NCBI GenBank assembly: GCA_030604855.1
Contig: JAUVVC010000011.1
Coordinates: 19,331 to 51,330 of the forward strand
DNA from: Erysipelotrichaceae bacterium
GTDB taxonomy: Bacteria > Bacillota_I > Bacilli_A > Erysipelotrichales > Erysipelotrichaceae
Length of the DNA stretch: 32,000 bases
Reading direction: 5' to 3'
Position 1 is the first letter of the stretch; every line of letters begins with the position of its first letter. Below the pieces are notes generated by a model, which saw nothing but the letters and a program-made list of their open reading frames with translations, ran no database searches and had not been told where the DNA came from. Below are positions 1 through 11,066 of the stretch, in pieces. The position numbers and the translations under genes are program-made.

Positions 1-8
1 GAATGCCT

Positions 9-39
9 AAAAGAAAAGAGTTCAGATTGCTCTGAACTC
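9..39 (-). terminator. Intrinsic terminator after eno
   Basis: Perfect 9-bp inverted repeat GAGTTCAGA (18-26) / TCTGAACTC (31-39) with a 4-nt loop. On the minus strand it is followed by TTTTCTTTT (17-9). It begins 6 nt after the eno stop codon. Confidence 0.8.
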
Positions 40-45
40 AAGGTC

Positions 46-2102
<2,057 letters not shown>

Positions 2103-3299
2103 TTATTTCTCTTGAATGACCGCAATACCCGGTAATTCTTTTCCTTCCATGAATTCCAAGGATGCACCACCACCTGTCGAGATGTGGCTGAAATCATCTT
2201 GGAAACCATTTTCAATTGCTGCACGAGCAGAATCCCCACCACCAATTACTGTGTAAGCACCTGGTAATGAAGAAATCGCCTTACAAACTTCAATGGTTCC
2301 AGTCGCATAGGTCTTCATTTCAAAGACACCCATCGGACCATTCCAAACAACCGTCTTAGCACCTTCAAGTGCTTTGGCAAACAATTCAACGGATTTAGGA
2401 CCGATATCCAATCCCATGTAATCACTTGGGATTGCGGAATCATCGGCCAAATAATTATCTGCTTCTTCACTGAACGCTGCCGCAACTCTGAAATCCACTG
2501 GCAACACAAGCTTATCGCCCGCCTTCGCCATGATTTCTTTTGCCAAATCAAGCTTATCATCTTCACATAGTGAAGTACCGATTTCCTTGCCTTGAGCTTT
2601 CAAGAAGGTATACGCCATCCCACCACCAATGATGACACGGTCAGCTGTTGTTAATAGATTTTCAATGACATTGATCTTATCGGAAACTTTAGCACCACCC
2701 AAGATCGCCACGAATGGACGTTCTGGATTGTGAACAGCCTTACCCAATGCCACAACTTCTTTTTCAACCAAGAAGCCCAAGGCGCTTGGAAGAATTTCCG
2801 CAACACCCACAGTACTGGAGTGTGCACGGTGAACGGAACCAAAGGCATCCGTTACAAACAAATCCGCCAAACTTGCCCAATACTTGGAAAGTTCAGGATC
2901 ATTCTTGCTTTCGCCTTTTTCATAACGTGTATTCTGAACCAATAAGATTTCTTTTTCTTGGAGCGCTTCTACAGCCGCTTCCAACGCTTCACCACGTGTC
3001 ACATCGCAAAATTTGACTGGCACATTGACCAACTCACCCAAACGAAGCGCAACCGGAGCCATATTATTTTTCTTCTTATCAGAAACTGTCTTCTCAGGAT
3101 CTTTATGATCGACTTTACCTAAATGCGATAAAAGGATCAATTTAGCGCCCTGCTCAACCAAATAATTGATGGTCGGCAATGCTTGAACGATACGGTTATC
3201 ATCCTTAATGACACCGTCTTTAATTGGCACATTGAAATCAACGCGAACGATGACTTTCTTACCACTGACATTCAAATCTTTGACTGTCTTTTTTGCCAT
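2103..3299 (-). CDS. pgk: Phosphoglycerate kinase, 398 aa
   Basis: [44 protein letters not shown] and GGGDS motifs. GGAGG RBS at 3308-3312 (minus strand). Confidence 0.98.
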   Translation of the reverse strand: MAKKTVKDLNVSGKKVIVRVDFNVPIKDGVIKDDNRIVQALPTINYLVEQGAKLILLSHLGKVDHKDPEKTVSDKKKNNMAPVALRLGELVNVPVKFCDVTRGEALEAAVEALQEKEILLVQNTRYEKGESKNDPELSKYWASLADLFVTDAFGSVHRAHSSTVGVAEILPSALGFLVEKEVVALGKAVHNPERPFVAILGGAKVSDKINVIENLLTTADRVIIGGGMAYTFLKAQGKEIGTSLCEDDKLDLAKEIMAKAGDKLVLPVDFRVAAAFSEEADNYLADDSAIPSDYMGLDIGPKSVELFAKALEGAKTVVWNGPMGVFEMKTYATGTIEVCKAISSLPGAYTVIGGGDSARAAIENGFQDDFSHISTGGGASLEFMEGKELPGIAVIQEK

Positions 3300-3325
3300 A
3301 CTATTTCCTCCTTGAGTACCTTTGT

Positions 3326-3354
3326 ATTATAGCATTGACACCTCTTTCATTCAA
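3326..3354 (-). promoter_or_regulatory. Sigma-A-type promoter of pgk-tpiA-eno
   Basis: Read on the minus strand: TTGAAT (3354-3349), 17-nt spacer, TGcTATAAT (extended -10, TATAAT = 3331-3326). It lies about 27 nt upstream of the pgk ATG. Confidence 0.7.
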
Positions 3355-3370
3355 TGATTACACCAACGGA

Positions 3371-3386
3371 TGTGAGCGTTTTCACA
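3371..3386. promoter_or_regulatory. cre-like / LacI-family operator palindrome upstream of the pgk promoter
   Basis: TGTGAGCGTTTTCACA has TGTGA/TCACA arms. With the flanking A it has one mismatch to the cre consensus WTGNAANCGNWNNCW. Its near edge is 16 nt upstream of the -35 hexamer. Confidence 0.45.
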
Positions 3387-3411
3387 AAAAGAAAAGAGGA
3401 AAATCCTCTTT
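3386..3411 (-). terminator. Intrinsic terminator after glgA
   Basis: AAAGAGGA (3393-3400) pairs with TCCTCTTT (3404-3411) around a short A-rich loop. On the minus strand it is followed by TCTTTTTG. The stem overlaps the glgA stop codon. Confidence 0.65.
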
Positions 3412-4843
3412 ATTTTAAACGAAAATCAATCAGCTCCGCATACTCATGCGCAGACTTCTGCCAAGACACATCTTTAGCCATCGCCTGTTTACGCAAGGTC
3501 TTGAAATCTTCCTTACGATCCGTGTAAGTTTCCAAAGCCAACCACAAGACATGTTTGAAATCATTCACGTTCATTGGGATGAAACTAAAGCCTGTTCCTT
3601 CCTTGGTAAATTGATTGTACGGTTGAACCGTATCCTTCAAACCACCTGTCTCACGAACGACTGGAAGGGTTCCATAACGCATCGCGATCAACTGTGAAAT
3701 ACCACAAGGTTCGAACGCACTTGGCATCAACAACACATCGGCTCCCGCATAAATACGGTGCGCCAACGATTCATTGTATCCACAATAGAAGACTGCACGA
3801 CGAGGATAACGGAACTCAATGGCTTTGAGTTCATTCTCAGCCCATGAATCGCCCGTACCCAACACTACAACCTGAATATCCCAACCCATGATGTCATGCA
3901 TCGCTTGGGTCAAAAGACTGACACCTTTTTGATCGGTCAAGCGTGAAACCATCGCTACCAACATCACATCCGGATCTTCACGTAAACCCAATTCCTTTTG
4001 GATGGCAAGCTTGTTCGCTTTCTTACCACGTGTTACGGTCTTTGCGCTGAATTTCTCAGCCAGATGATCATCGCTTGCGGGATCCCAAAGATCCACATCA
4101 ATACCGTTCACGATGCCAAAGAGATCCGCTTGTCTGAGCTGTAAGACATATTCCATGTTTTCACCAAACTCAGGCGTCAAGATTTCATGAGCATAGGTCT
4201 TGGATACAGTCGTAACCAAATCTGAATATAAAATACCCGCCTTCATCGTACTGATGCCATCTTTGAATCGCAAACGTCCATCAAAGTAGTAATCATTCGA
4301 TAATCCAAAACAACTTTCTAAAATATCGTAAGGGAAATACCCTTGGAACAATAAATTATGAATCGTAAACAAGGTCAAAGGCGTTTTGATGCGCTTCGCA
4401 TACACCGTCTTTGCCAACAATGGAATCATTCCTGCATGCCAATCATGCGCATGCAAGACATCCGGTTCCACGATTTTCTCTTCAATCATTCTTAAAACCG
4501 CATGACTGAAGAAAGCAAAACGCTCGCCATCATCACCATAACCATAATAGCCATCCCGTTCAAAATACGGAGCGTGTTCCACCAGATAGAAGGTCACATC
4601 ATCGATCACTTTCGAATAGATGGTTGCGATCGTATGAATGACACCGACATCCACCTTGAATGTCTTTACCTTGGTTAAACTGCTGTGCATCGTTTTCGCT
4701 GTCTTTAAATACAAAGGCATGACCACCGATACTTCAAAGCCTTCACCCTTCATTGCCTGAGGCAATGAACCAATGACATCCGCCAAACCACCCGTTTTAA
4801 CAAAAGGTAGCCCTTCCGATGCCACAAACAGCAATTTCTTCAT
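3410..4843 (-). CDS. glgA: Glycogen (starch) synthase, ADP-glucose type, 477 aa
   Basis: N-terminal LFVASEGLPFVKTGGLADV (KTGGL motif), HAHDWHAG, and C-terminal LMPSAFEPCGISQL / GGLKDTV signatures. Confidence 0.95.
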   Translation of the reverse strand: MKKLLFVASEGLPFVKTGGLADVIGSLPQAMKGEGFEVSVVMPLYLKTAKTMHSSLTKVKTFKVDVGVIHTIATIYSKVIDDVTFYLVEHAPYFERDGYYGYGDDGERFAFFSHAVLRMIEEKIVEPDVLHAHDWHAGMIPLLAKTVYAKRIKTPLTLFTIHNLLFQGYFPYDILESCFGLSNDYYFDGRLRFKDGISTMKAGILYSDLVTTVSKTYAHEILTPEFGENMEYVLQLRQADLFGIVNGIDVDLWDPASDDHLAEKFSAKTVTRGKKANKLAIQKELGLREDPDVMLVAMVSRLTDQKGVSLLTQAMHDIMGWDIQVVVLGTGDSWAENELKAIEFRYPRRAVFYCGYNESLAHRIYAGADVLLMPSAFEPCGISQLIAMRYGTLPVVRETGGLKDTVQPYNQFTKEGTGFSFIPMNVNDFKHVLWLALETYTDRKEDFKTLRKQAMAKDVSWQKSAHEYAELIDFRLK

Positions 4844-4845
4844 TC

Positions 4846-5961
4846 CTATACCCGGTCTTGCCGCTTCACATAGAGAACACTGTTCTCTTCTGCGACAAGC
4901 TCTTTAACCTTTGAAACCTGTGCCGATTTATCCACAACGACACGTTTGACATGCACATTCTCACCAATCACCGAACCTTCCAATACAATGGAATCCTCAA
5001 TAACGGCACCTTGTTTCACAATGACACCACGACCCAATACGGAATTGATGATCGTTCCTTCAATATAACAACCATTCGCGATCACCGATTTCTTGACTCT
5101 TGCGTCTGGTGTGTACTGCGTTGGACAGGAATCGCTGGTGCGTGTATGAATCGGCCAGTCTGGATTGAACAGTTGTTTCCCAATCTCATAGTCCGTCAAT
5201 TCCATATTCACACGATAATACTCATCCAAGGAGTTGATACAAGCCACATAGCCTTTGACTGGATAGCCCACCATATTGAGGAGGGGAGCTTGTTCCTGGA
5301 GGACATCACGCAATGTGTAGAAGGAAGAAATATTATCCGCTAAATGAATCAAATGGATAAAAAGTTCCTTACTCATCATATACGCCGCTAAAGACACATG
5401 CCGATTCTTATACTTCCCACGGTTGACTTCAATTTCCTCAACCTGTTTCTTATCACTCAACTTCAAAGTATCGACACCAATGAAAGACTCATGTGCATTG
5501 TTCACTGTCTTATACAAGACTGTCACATCCACTTTACTTTCTAGATGTTGCTGGTAGACTTCTTCCAAGTTCACGGTATAGATCATATGACTTGGCATGA
5601 TCATGACGTATTCCTGCTTCGCATCTTCGATGAAACGCATGTTCTGCAAGAACGCCGTAATATCATGGTTGTATGCTTCGGATTGGGTTGCTTCTTCACC
5701 GGTCAAGATGCGAAGCTTCCCTTGTTTTGAATTGATGTTGTATTGACGACCACTGCCCAAATGTTCAATGACCGATCGTGGCTTATGTTTGACATAGACC
5801 TGTATGTGTCGGATTCCAGAATTCGTCATGTTTGAAATCGCAAAATCAATCAAACGATAACGCGCCAAGAATGAAAGCGAAGGTATCGGACGGTAATTAT
5901 CCAGACCCTGTACTTTTACCGAGGCATCATCATAATTGATAAGTCCAAGTATGTTGTTCAT
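4846..5961 (-). CDS. glgD: Glucose-1-phosphate adenylyltransferase regulatory subunit GlgD, 371 aa
   Basis: GlgC paralogue lacking the GGxGxRL loop (LGLINYDD...LSFLARYRLIDFAISNMTNSGI). It has a left-handed beta-helix C-terminus and the Firmicutes-typical position between glgC and glgA. RBS GGGGGA. Confidence 0.9.
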   Translation of the reverse strand: MNNILGLINYDDASVKVQGLDNYRPIPSLSFLARYRLIDFAISNMTNSGIRHIQVYVKHKPRSVIEHLGSGRQYNINSKQGKLRILTGEEATQSEAYNHDITAFLQNMRFIEDAKQEYVMIMPSHMIYTVNLEEVYQQHLESKVDVTVLYKTVNNAHESFIGVDTLKLSDKKQVEEIEVNRGKYKNRHVSLAAYMMSKELFIHLIHLADNISSFYTLRDVLQEQAPLLNMVGYPVKGYVACINSLDEYYRVNMELTDYEIGKQLFNPDWPIHTRTSDSCPTQYTPDARVKKSVIANGCYIEGTIINSVLGRGVIVKQGAVIEDSIVLEGSVIGENVHVKRVVVDKSAQVSKVKELVAEENSVLYVKRQDRV

Positions 5962-5973
5962 CGTTCTGTCCCC

Positions 5974-7095
5974 CTATGCATTCTGTGAAATCAATTCGAT
6001 TTCACCACTCTCTGATCCCACGGTCACATCTTCAGAAATGCATACTTCATCCGCAACAATCACGCGTTGGACGACCGCACCTTTCTTCACATGCGAGAAT
6101 GGCATCAAGACACTATCCTTCACGACCGCTCCTGCTTCAACCTTTACACCCGTAAAGAGCACTGAATTGACGACACGGCCTTCGATTTCACAACCTTGAT
6201 TGATGTACGCATTTTCAATGGATGCTTCCGGTCCAATGTATTGTGGTGGAACCGTGATGTCTTCTGTATAGATCTTCCAAGCGGGATCCGCCAAGTTGAT
6301 TTCATCACGATGATAAATCAAATCCATATTGGCTTCCCATAAACTATCGATCGTACCGACATCCTTCCAATAACCCTTGAAGCGATAAGCAAACAAACGT
6401 TTCTTTTCACTCAAGAACGTAGGAATGATATTCTTGCCAAAATCATGTTCAGAATCTTCAATCAAGACATCATCTTGAAGCGCCTTCTTCAATTGAGGCC
6501 AACTGAAGATGTAGATCCCCATCGAAGCCAAATTTGATTTTGGATTCTTTGGTTTTTCTTCAAACTCATAAATCTGTCCATCCGGATGTGCATTCATGAT
6601 GCCAAAACGCGACGCATCCTTCAAAGGAACTTCCAAGACCGCAACGGTCAAATCTGCCTTATTCTTTTTATGATCTTCCAACATGGCATCATAATCCATC
6701 TTATAGATATGATCCCCAGAAAGAATCAATACATAATCTGGATCATATTGATCCACGAAGTCAATATTCTGCGTAATCGCATCCGCTGTACCGCGATACA
6801 AACCAAAACCTTCGCTCTTTTCACGTGGAGGCAAGACATAGATGCCACTATCCTTGGCATCCAAGCCCCAACGTTGGTCTTGTGCAACGTATGAATTCAA
6901 CAAGACCGATTCATACTGCGTCAAAACACCAATGACCTGAATATTCGAATTCGCACAATTACTGAGGGGAAAGTCGATGATGCGGTATTTCCCCCCGAAA
7001 TATACCGCAGGTTTAGCAACTTTATTGGTAAGGTCAAAAAGACGTGATCCACGTCCGCCTGCCAATATCATTGCGATCATATTATGTTTTCGCAT
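5974..7095 (-). CDS. glgC: Glucose-1-phosphate adenylyltransferase, 373 aa
   Basis: [30 protein letters not shown] and [13 protein letters not shown] motifs. I chose the start at 7095 (MRKHNM...) because AGGAGG lies 6 nt upstream of it; the track start at 7125 has no RBS. Confidence 0.95.
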   Translation of the reverse strand: MRKHNMIAMILAGGRGSRLFDLTNKVAKPAVYFGGKYRIIDFPLSNCANSNIQVIGVLTQYESVLLNSYVAQDQRWGLDAKDSGIYVLPPREKSEGFGLYRGTADAITQNIDFVDQYDPDYVLILSGDHIYKMDYDAMLEDHKKNKADLTVAVLEVPLKDASRFGIMNAHPDGQIYEFEEKPKNPKSNLASMGIYIFSWPQLKKALQDDVLIEDSEHDFGKNIIPTFLSEKKRLFAYRFKGYWKDVGTIDSLWEANMDLIYHRDEINLADPAWKIYTEDITVPPQYIGPEASIENAYINQGCEIEGRVVNSVLFTGVKVEAGAVVKDSVLMPFSHVKKGAVVQRVIVADEVCISEDVTVGSESGEIELISQNA

Positions 7096-7125
7096 GCGTA
7101 CCCTCCTAGAGTCGGCTATACGCAT

Positions 7126-7131
7126 ATTATA
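7126..7131 (-). promoter_or_regulatory. Candidate -10 box for the glgCDA operon
   Basis: TATAAT on the minus strand about 30 nt upstream of the glgC ATG. The -35 at 17-nt spacing is poor (TAGAGT). Confidence 0.35.
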
Positions 7132-7158
7132 CCTTTTTTTGTTAATGAACTCTACACG

Positions 7159-7971
7159 CTAAACTGTGAACTTGTCACGAAACATTGGCAGGATACCCTT
7201 AAGCAGAACCAAACCAATCATCGTGTTGACGACAATCATCACAACCGCTTTGATCAATCGGACCGAGACACTTACAATGAAGGGAATGCCGTACATGACA
7301 TCCAACCATAAGGGCGTAAGCATCAATTGCACGATCATTTCCACAAGAATCAAAGCCAATATCCACAAGAAAGCATAGCGGTTCTTCTGATGTTTGAGAA
7401 TGATGTTCAAACTGATCAATAAACCACTCATCAAGACGATCACCAGCGCGGAAAGAACAAACTTGATTTCCAAGCCAACCGCAATCATGTTTTCATCCAC
7501 TTTGATCTGATTCGTTGAGAAAACATAAAACATCGCAAGCATCGAAATCAACACGATCGCAATCGTTGGCCACATGCGAGTATAACGATCATCATTCTTA
7601 ACAAGTTTCACCACCAGACCTGGGATGAAGCCTACCAATACCTTATTCAAAGTGAAGCCAAAGAACGGGAAAGCGATCGTCCCCGTCAGAAGCTCCAAGA
7701 CATCTGCCAACAAACCGCCTACGAACCCCCAAAACGGTCCAAACACAAAACCAATGAACATCAAAGGAATCTGTGAGAAACCAATCTTAAGCGATGGGAA
7801 GCCGAAAAGTGGAATCATCCAGGACAGTAGGGCCAAAACCACACTGATGCCAACCAATAAACTAACCATGACCAAGGTCTTGAGTTCAATTCTTGGTTGA
7901 CTGATTTTAAAGCTGATGAATGCGATTAAGACGATGGCAAGCACACTTGCGATTTGACTGAATAGAATCAT
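7159..7971 (-). CDS. Polytopic membrane protein, ECF-transporter S-component-like (folate/FolT-like), 270 aa
   Basis: Highly hydrophobic. GFSQIPLMFIGFVFGPFWGFVGGLLADVLELLTG...FPFFGFTLNKVLVGFIPG resembles the folate-family S-component core as I remember it. Its ATG overlaps the folC stop (ATGA at 7971-7968). Confidence 0.55.
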   Translation of the reverse strand: MILFSQIASVLAIVLIAFISFKISQPRIELKTLVMVSLLVGISVVLALLSWMIPLFGFPSLKIGFSQIPLMFIGFVFGPFWGFVGGLLADVLELLTGTIAFPFFGFTLNKVLVGFIPGLVVKLVKNDDRYTRMWPTIAIVLISMLAMFYVFSTNQIKVDENMIAVGLEIKFVLSALVIVLMSGLLISLNIILKHQKNRYAFLWILALILVEMIVQLMLTPLWLDVMYGIPFIVSVSVRLIKAVVMIVVNTMIGLVLLKGILPMFRDKFTV

Positions 7972-9209
7972 GGTTTCACTCCTAGGATCTTAGGTAAGAT
8001 CAATTGTCGAACTTGTGAGATGAAATACAATGAACCGGTGATCAGACAGGTTCCATTTTGACTGAGATCAATTCCTTTTTGAATCGCCTCATGATTATTT
8101 TGAATCGCCAAGACATTGCCATGACTGAGTTTATCTAAACTCGCAGCTCGATAGAAATCAAACTCGGTTACGATCACCTCATCCGCAATGCTTAATAAAT
8201 CATCCAACATGACATCGGTTTCTTTATCTCGCAAGGCAGAGAACACGATTACCAAAGGTTTCGGTAAATATTGAGCACTTTCAATCAAGGCTGAAATACC
8301 ATGCGTATTGTGTGCACCATCGATGATGATATGTGGATTTGTGGAGACCAACTCAAAGCGACCCTTCCATTGTGTGTCTTTTAGACCATTGATGATATCG
8401 TCATCATTGATCTCAAAATAGTTTGAAAGATAGCGAGCTCCTTCAATGGCTAAACTGGCATTCTTGACTTGATAAAGCGCCGATGTATTCAAATGAATCG
8501 ATAAGTTATCATAATTAAACCTTATTCCATACTTAAGTTCGATGTTTCGAGCTTCTTTAATGGTATTGAACTTCGCATTGCGTTCAGTACAGATCTGTTT
8601 GAAAACATCTAAACACTCCGGCTTATCTTCTGATGTATAAAGGGGAACGCCCTCTTTCACAATCCCAGCTTTTTCCATACTGATCAGTGCAAGTGTATCG
8701 CCTAAGATATCCATATGATCAAAACCAATCGTTGTGATCAAACTAATCATTGGAATAATGACATTCGTCGCATCCAAACGTCCACCTAAACCCACTTCAA
8801 ACAATGCGATATCCACATCTTGGTCCAAGAAGAAATGAATCGCAATGAGCGTATCAATCTCAAACATGGAAAGATTGTTTTCTTCAATCAATTTCGCAAA
8901 ACGATTACCATAGTACAAAAGCTGTTCATCTGAAATGTAAACATCGTTGATACGAATACGATCGTTATGTACTTCCAAATGAGGCGAAGTAAAGGTTCCC
9001 ACCCTTAAGCCAGAGGCTTGCAAGATGGCTCTAAGGTAATTGGTCGTACTTCCTTTGCCATTGGTTCCAGCAATATGTACGGTTTTGAGTCGGTATTGCG
9101 GATTGCCTAAGCTTTCCAACAACGCCTTAAAATGATCGAGACTAAAGCGACCTTTGTTCATACGATTCGTTGTGTAATCAATGAAGGATTGGATGTCGTT
9201 GAATTTCAT
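7968..9209 (-). CDS. folC: Folylpolyglutamate synthase / dihydrofolate synthase, about 413 aa
   Basis: Mur-ligase P-loop HIAGTNGKGST, FEVGLGGRLDATN and DGAHN motifs. The ATG at 9209 overlaps the ung stop (ATGA). A GTG at 9218 is the alternative track start. Confidence 0.93.
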   Translation of the reverse strand: MKFNDIQSFIDYTTNRMNKGRFSLDHFKALLESLGNPQYRLKTVHIAGTNGKGSTTNYLRAILQASGLRVGTFTSPHLEVHNDRIRINDVYISDEQLLYYGNRFAKLIEENNLSMFEIDTLIAIHFFLDQDVDIALFEVGLGGRLDATNVIIPMISLITTIGFDHMDILGDTLALISMEKAGIVKEGVPLYTSEDKPECLDVFKQICTERNAKFNTIKEARNIELKYGIRFNYDNLSIHLNTSALYQVKNASLAIEGARYLSNYFEINDDDIINGLKDTQWKGRFELVSTNPHIIIDGAHNTHGISALIESAQYLPKPLVIVFSALRDKETDVMLDDLLSIADEVIVTEFDFYRAASLDKLSHGNVLAIQNNHEAIQKGIDLSQNGTCLITGSLYFISQVRQLILPKILGVKP

Positions 9210-9856
9210 AAACACCACACAATGGGATCCATCCCATTTTGAGTTAAAAATACATTTGCTTTGGAAAATGGTTTTGAGCCAAAGAAGCCTTGGTACGAAG
9301 ACAAAGGTGAAGGATGCGGTGCTCTTAACACCAGATGCTTAGGATTGTTTAGAAAAGCTGCTTTTTGTTGAGCTTTGTTTCCCCAGAGAATAAAGACAAT
9401 GGCTTGGTCCTGCGCATTCAGCACTTGAAGCACATGATCTGTAAATACATCCCAACCTATTTTTGAATGGGATAAGGGTTTACTCTCTTCCACACTCAAA
9501 TACGTATTAAGTAGAAATACACCTTGTGTAGCCCAGTTCACTAAACTTCCACTCTTTGGCAATTCGCAACCCATATCATCCACCAATTCCTTAAAGATAT
9601 TGTTTAAGCTGGGCGGAAAAGGAATGCCGGGATTCACTGAGAAACACAAGCCATGAGCTTGATTCACTTGATGATAAGGATCTTGACCCAGAATCACAAC
9701 TTTGACTTGATCCAGTGGTGTATACGCAAACGCATTGAAGATATCCTTTTTTGGTGGATAAATTGTTTTCGTCGCATAAGCTTCTTTCAACTGTTCTGAA
9801 AGTTTTACGAAATAATCTTGTTTGAATTCAGCTGTTAAAAATTCTTCCCAACGCAT
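9206..9856 (-). CDS. ung: Uracil-DNA glycosylase (family 1), 216 aa
   Basis: VVILGQDPYH, GVFLLNT and APHPSPLS motifs. The start lies 1 nt after the MFS stop. Confidence 0.95.
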   Translation of the reverse strand: MRWEEFLTAEFKQDYFVKLSEQLKEAYATKTIYPPKKDIFNAFAYTPLDQVKVVILGQDPYHQVNQAHGLCFSVNPGIPFPPSLNNIFKELVDDMGCELPKSGSLVNWATQGVFLLNTYLSVEESKPLSHSKIGWDVFTDHVLQVLNAQDQAIVFILWGNKAQQKAAFLNNPKHLVLRAPHPSPLSSYQGFFGSKPFSKANVFLTQNGMDPIVWCL

Positions 9857-9857
9857 A

Positions 9858-11066
9858 TCAAACCTGTTTCAAAGCATCTCGCTTGGTGTGGTAATTTCTA
9901 GCATAGACAACTAAGACGACAATCGCGACGGAACAAAACGTTACTGCCGCGATCAAAGAATACGGTTCTGGAAGGATGAATGACAAGGCAATCGTCATCG
10001 CCATACCCAATAAACGTCCCCCATTCAAGGCAAACTCTTTCGCAATGACCCGTCCGGTGATGTTTTCATGTTCGGTGTAATCTTGCATCGCATTCATCAT
10101 GATGATATTGAAGGTGTTGGATACAAAAGGAATCGCCAAAGCATTGACCAGACCAAAATAGACCGCCCCAATCAGATTGGGCACCAAGACCAACATCATC
10201 GTACTTGTAAACAACAACAGCGCGCCATAGAAATAGATTTGGATACGATTGTTACGTTGTATGACACGACTTGCGATGGTATTGGCGATCAAGTTCAAGA
10301 CCGCAAAGCCCGTCAATAAGTCACCGTATAAACTTCCCTTACCGCCCGTCGCATTATAAATCAAGATTCCGGTCATCACGATGAGCATGCTGTCACGCAA
10401 GCCAAAAATGAAATGACTGGTCATGACATAACGCCACTGGCTATCTTCTTTTAGGCTTAACTTATCCCAAACCGTATACGTCTTTGTCTCGAAGAAGTTC
10501 TCGACACGTGTTGAGACAAAAGCCGCCAACATCTGTAAGACGATGACGATCCAGAAGATGCGAATATAACCTTCTGTATCCGTGGTGGACAAACGTACGA
10601 TCATCGTTGCCACAAAAGGTGCTACGATCGTCGATGCCGCATTGAAGATACCCATGGTTGAAATGAATTTAGCACGTGTCTCACGGGTTGAAACCTTAAG
10701 GTTCAATTTAACAATCGAGAACCAATACAACCCTTCACCCGAACCAATGATCAAACCAACCACATAGATTAACAGTATGCTATCCGCAAACAAATGATTA
10801 AACATCAACAAGTACCCCAAAGCACTGATGATGATGATCAAACCTGTCGTTAGAATCGTGGATAAAGACCATTTACGTGAAATGATTCCCGCAATATAAA
10901 AACCCAAAGGAATCATGGTGAACCGAACCATCGCATAAGCTGTCATTGAATAGATGGATCCCGTAAACGCATAGAGATAAACATTAACAAAAACAGCGGA
11001 CATTGTGGCCGCTATAAAATAGATCGCATTGATTAATACCAATAATTTTTCATTCCGATTTAACAT
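9858..11066 (-). CDS. MFS-type secondary transporter, about 402 aa, substrate unknown
   Basis: About 12 hydrophobic segments arranged as two 6-TM halves. I chose the start at 11066 (MLNRNEK...) because GAGGG lies 8 nt upstream. This start overlaps the upstream gene's end by 17 nt. Confidence 0.7.
   Translation of the reverse strand: MLNRNEKLLVLINAIYFIAATMSAVFVNVYLYAFTGSIYSMTAYAMVRFTMIPLGFYIAGIISRKWSLSTILTTGLIIIISALGYLLMFNHLFADSILLIYVVGLIIGSGEGLYWFSIVKLNLKVSTRETRAKFISTMGIFNAASTIVAPFVATMIVRLSTTDTEGYIRIFWIVIVLQMLAAFVSTRVENFFETKTYTVWDKLSLKEDSQWRYVMTSHFIFGLRDSMLIVMTGILIYNATGGKGSLYGDLLTGFAVLNLIANTIASRVIQRNNRIQIYFYGALLLFTSTMMLVLVPNLIGAVYFGLVNALAIPFVSNTFNIIMMNAMQDYTEHENITGRVIAKEFALNGGRLLGMAMTIALSFILPEPYSLIAAVTFCSVAIVVLVVYARNYHTKRDALKQV

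Noticed and set aside
4951-5343. 130-aa plus-strand ORF
   Set aside because: It lies antisense inside glgD and is a shadow ORF.
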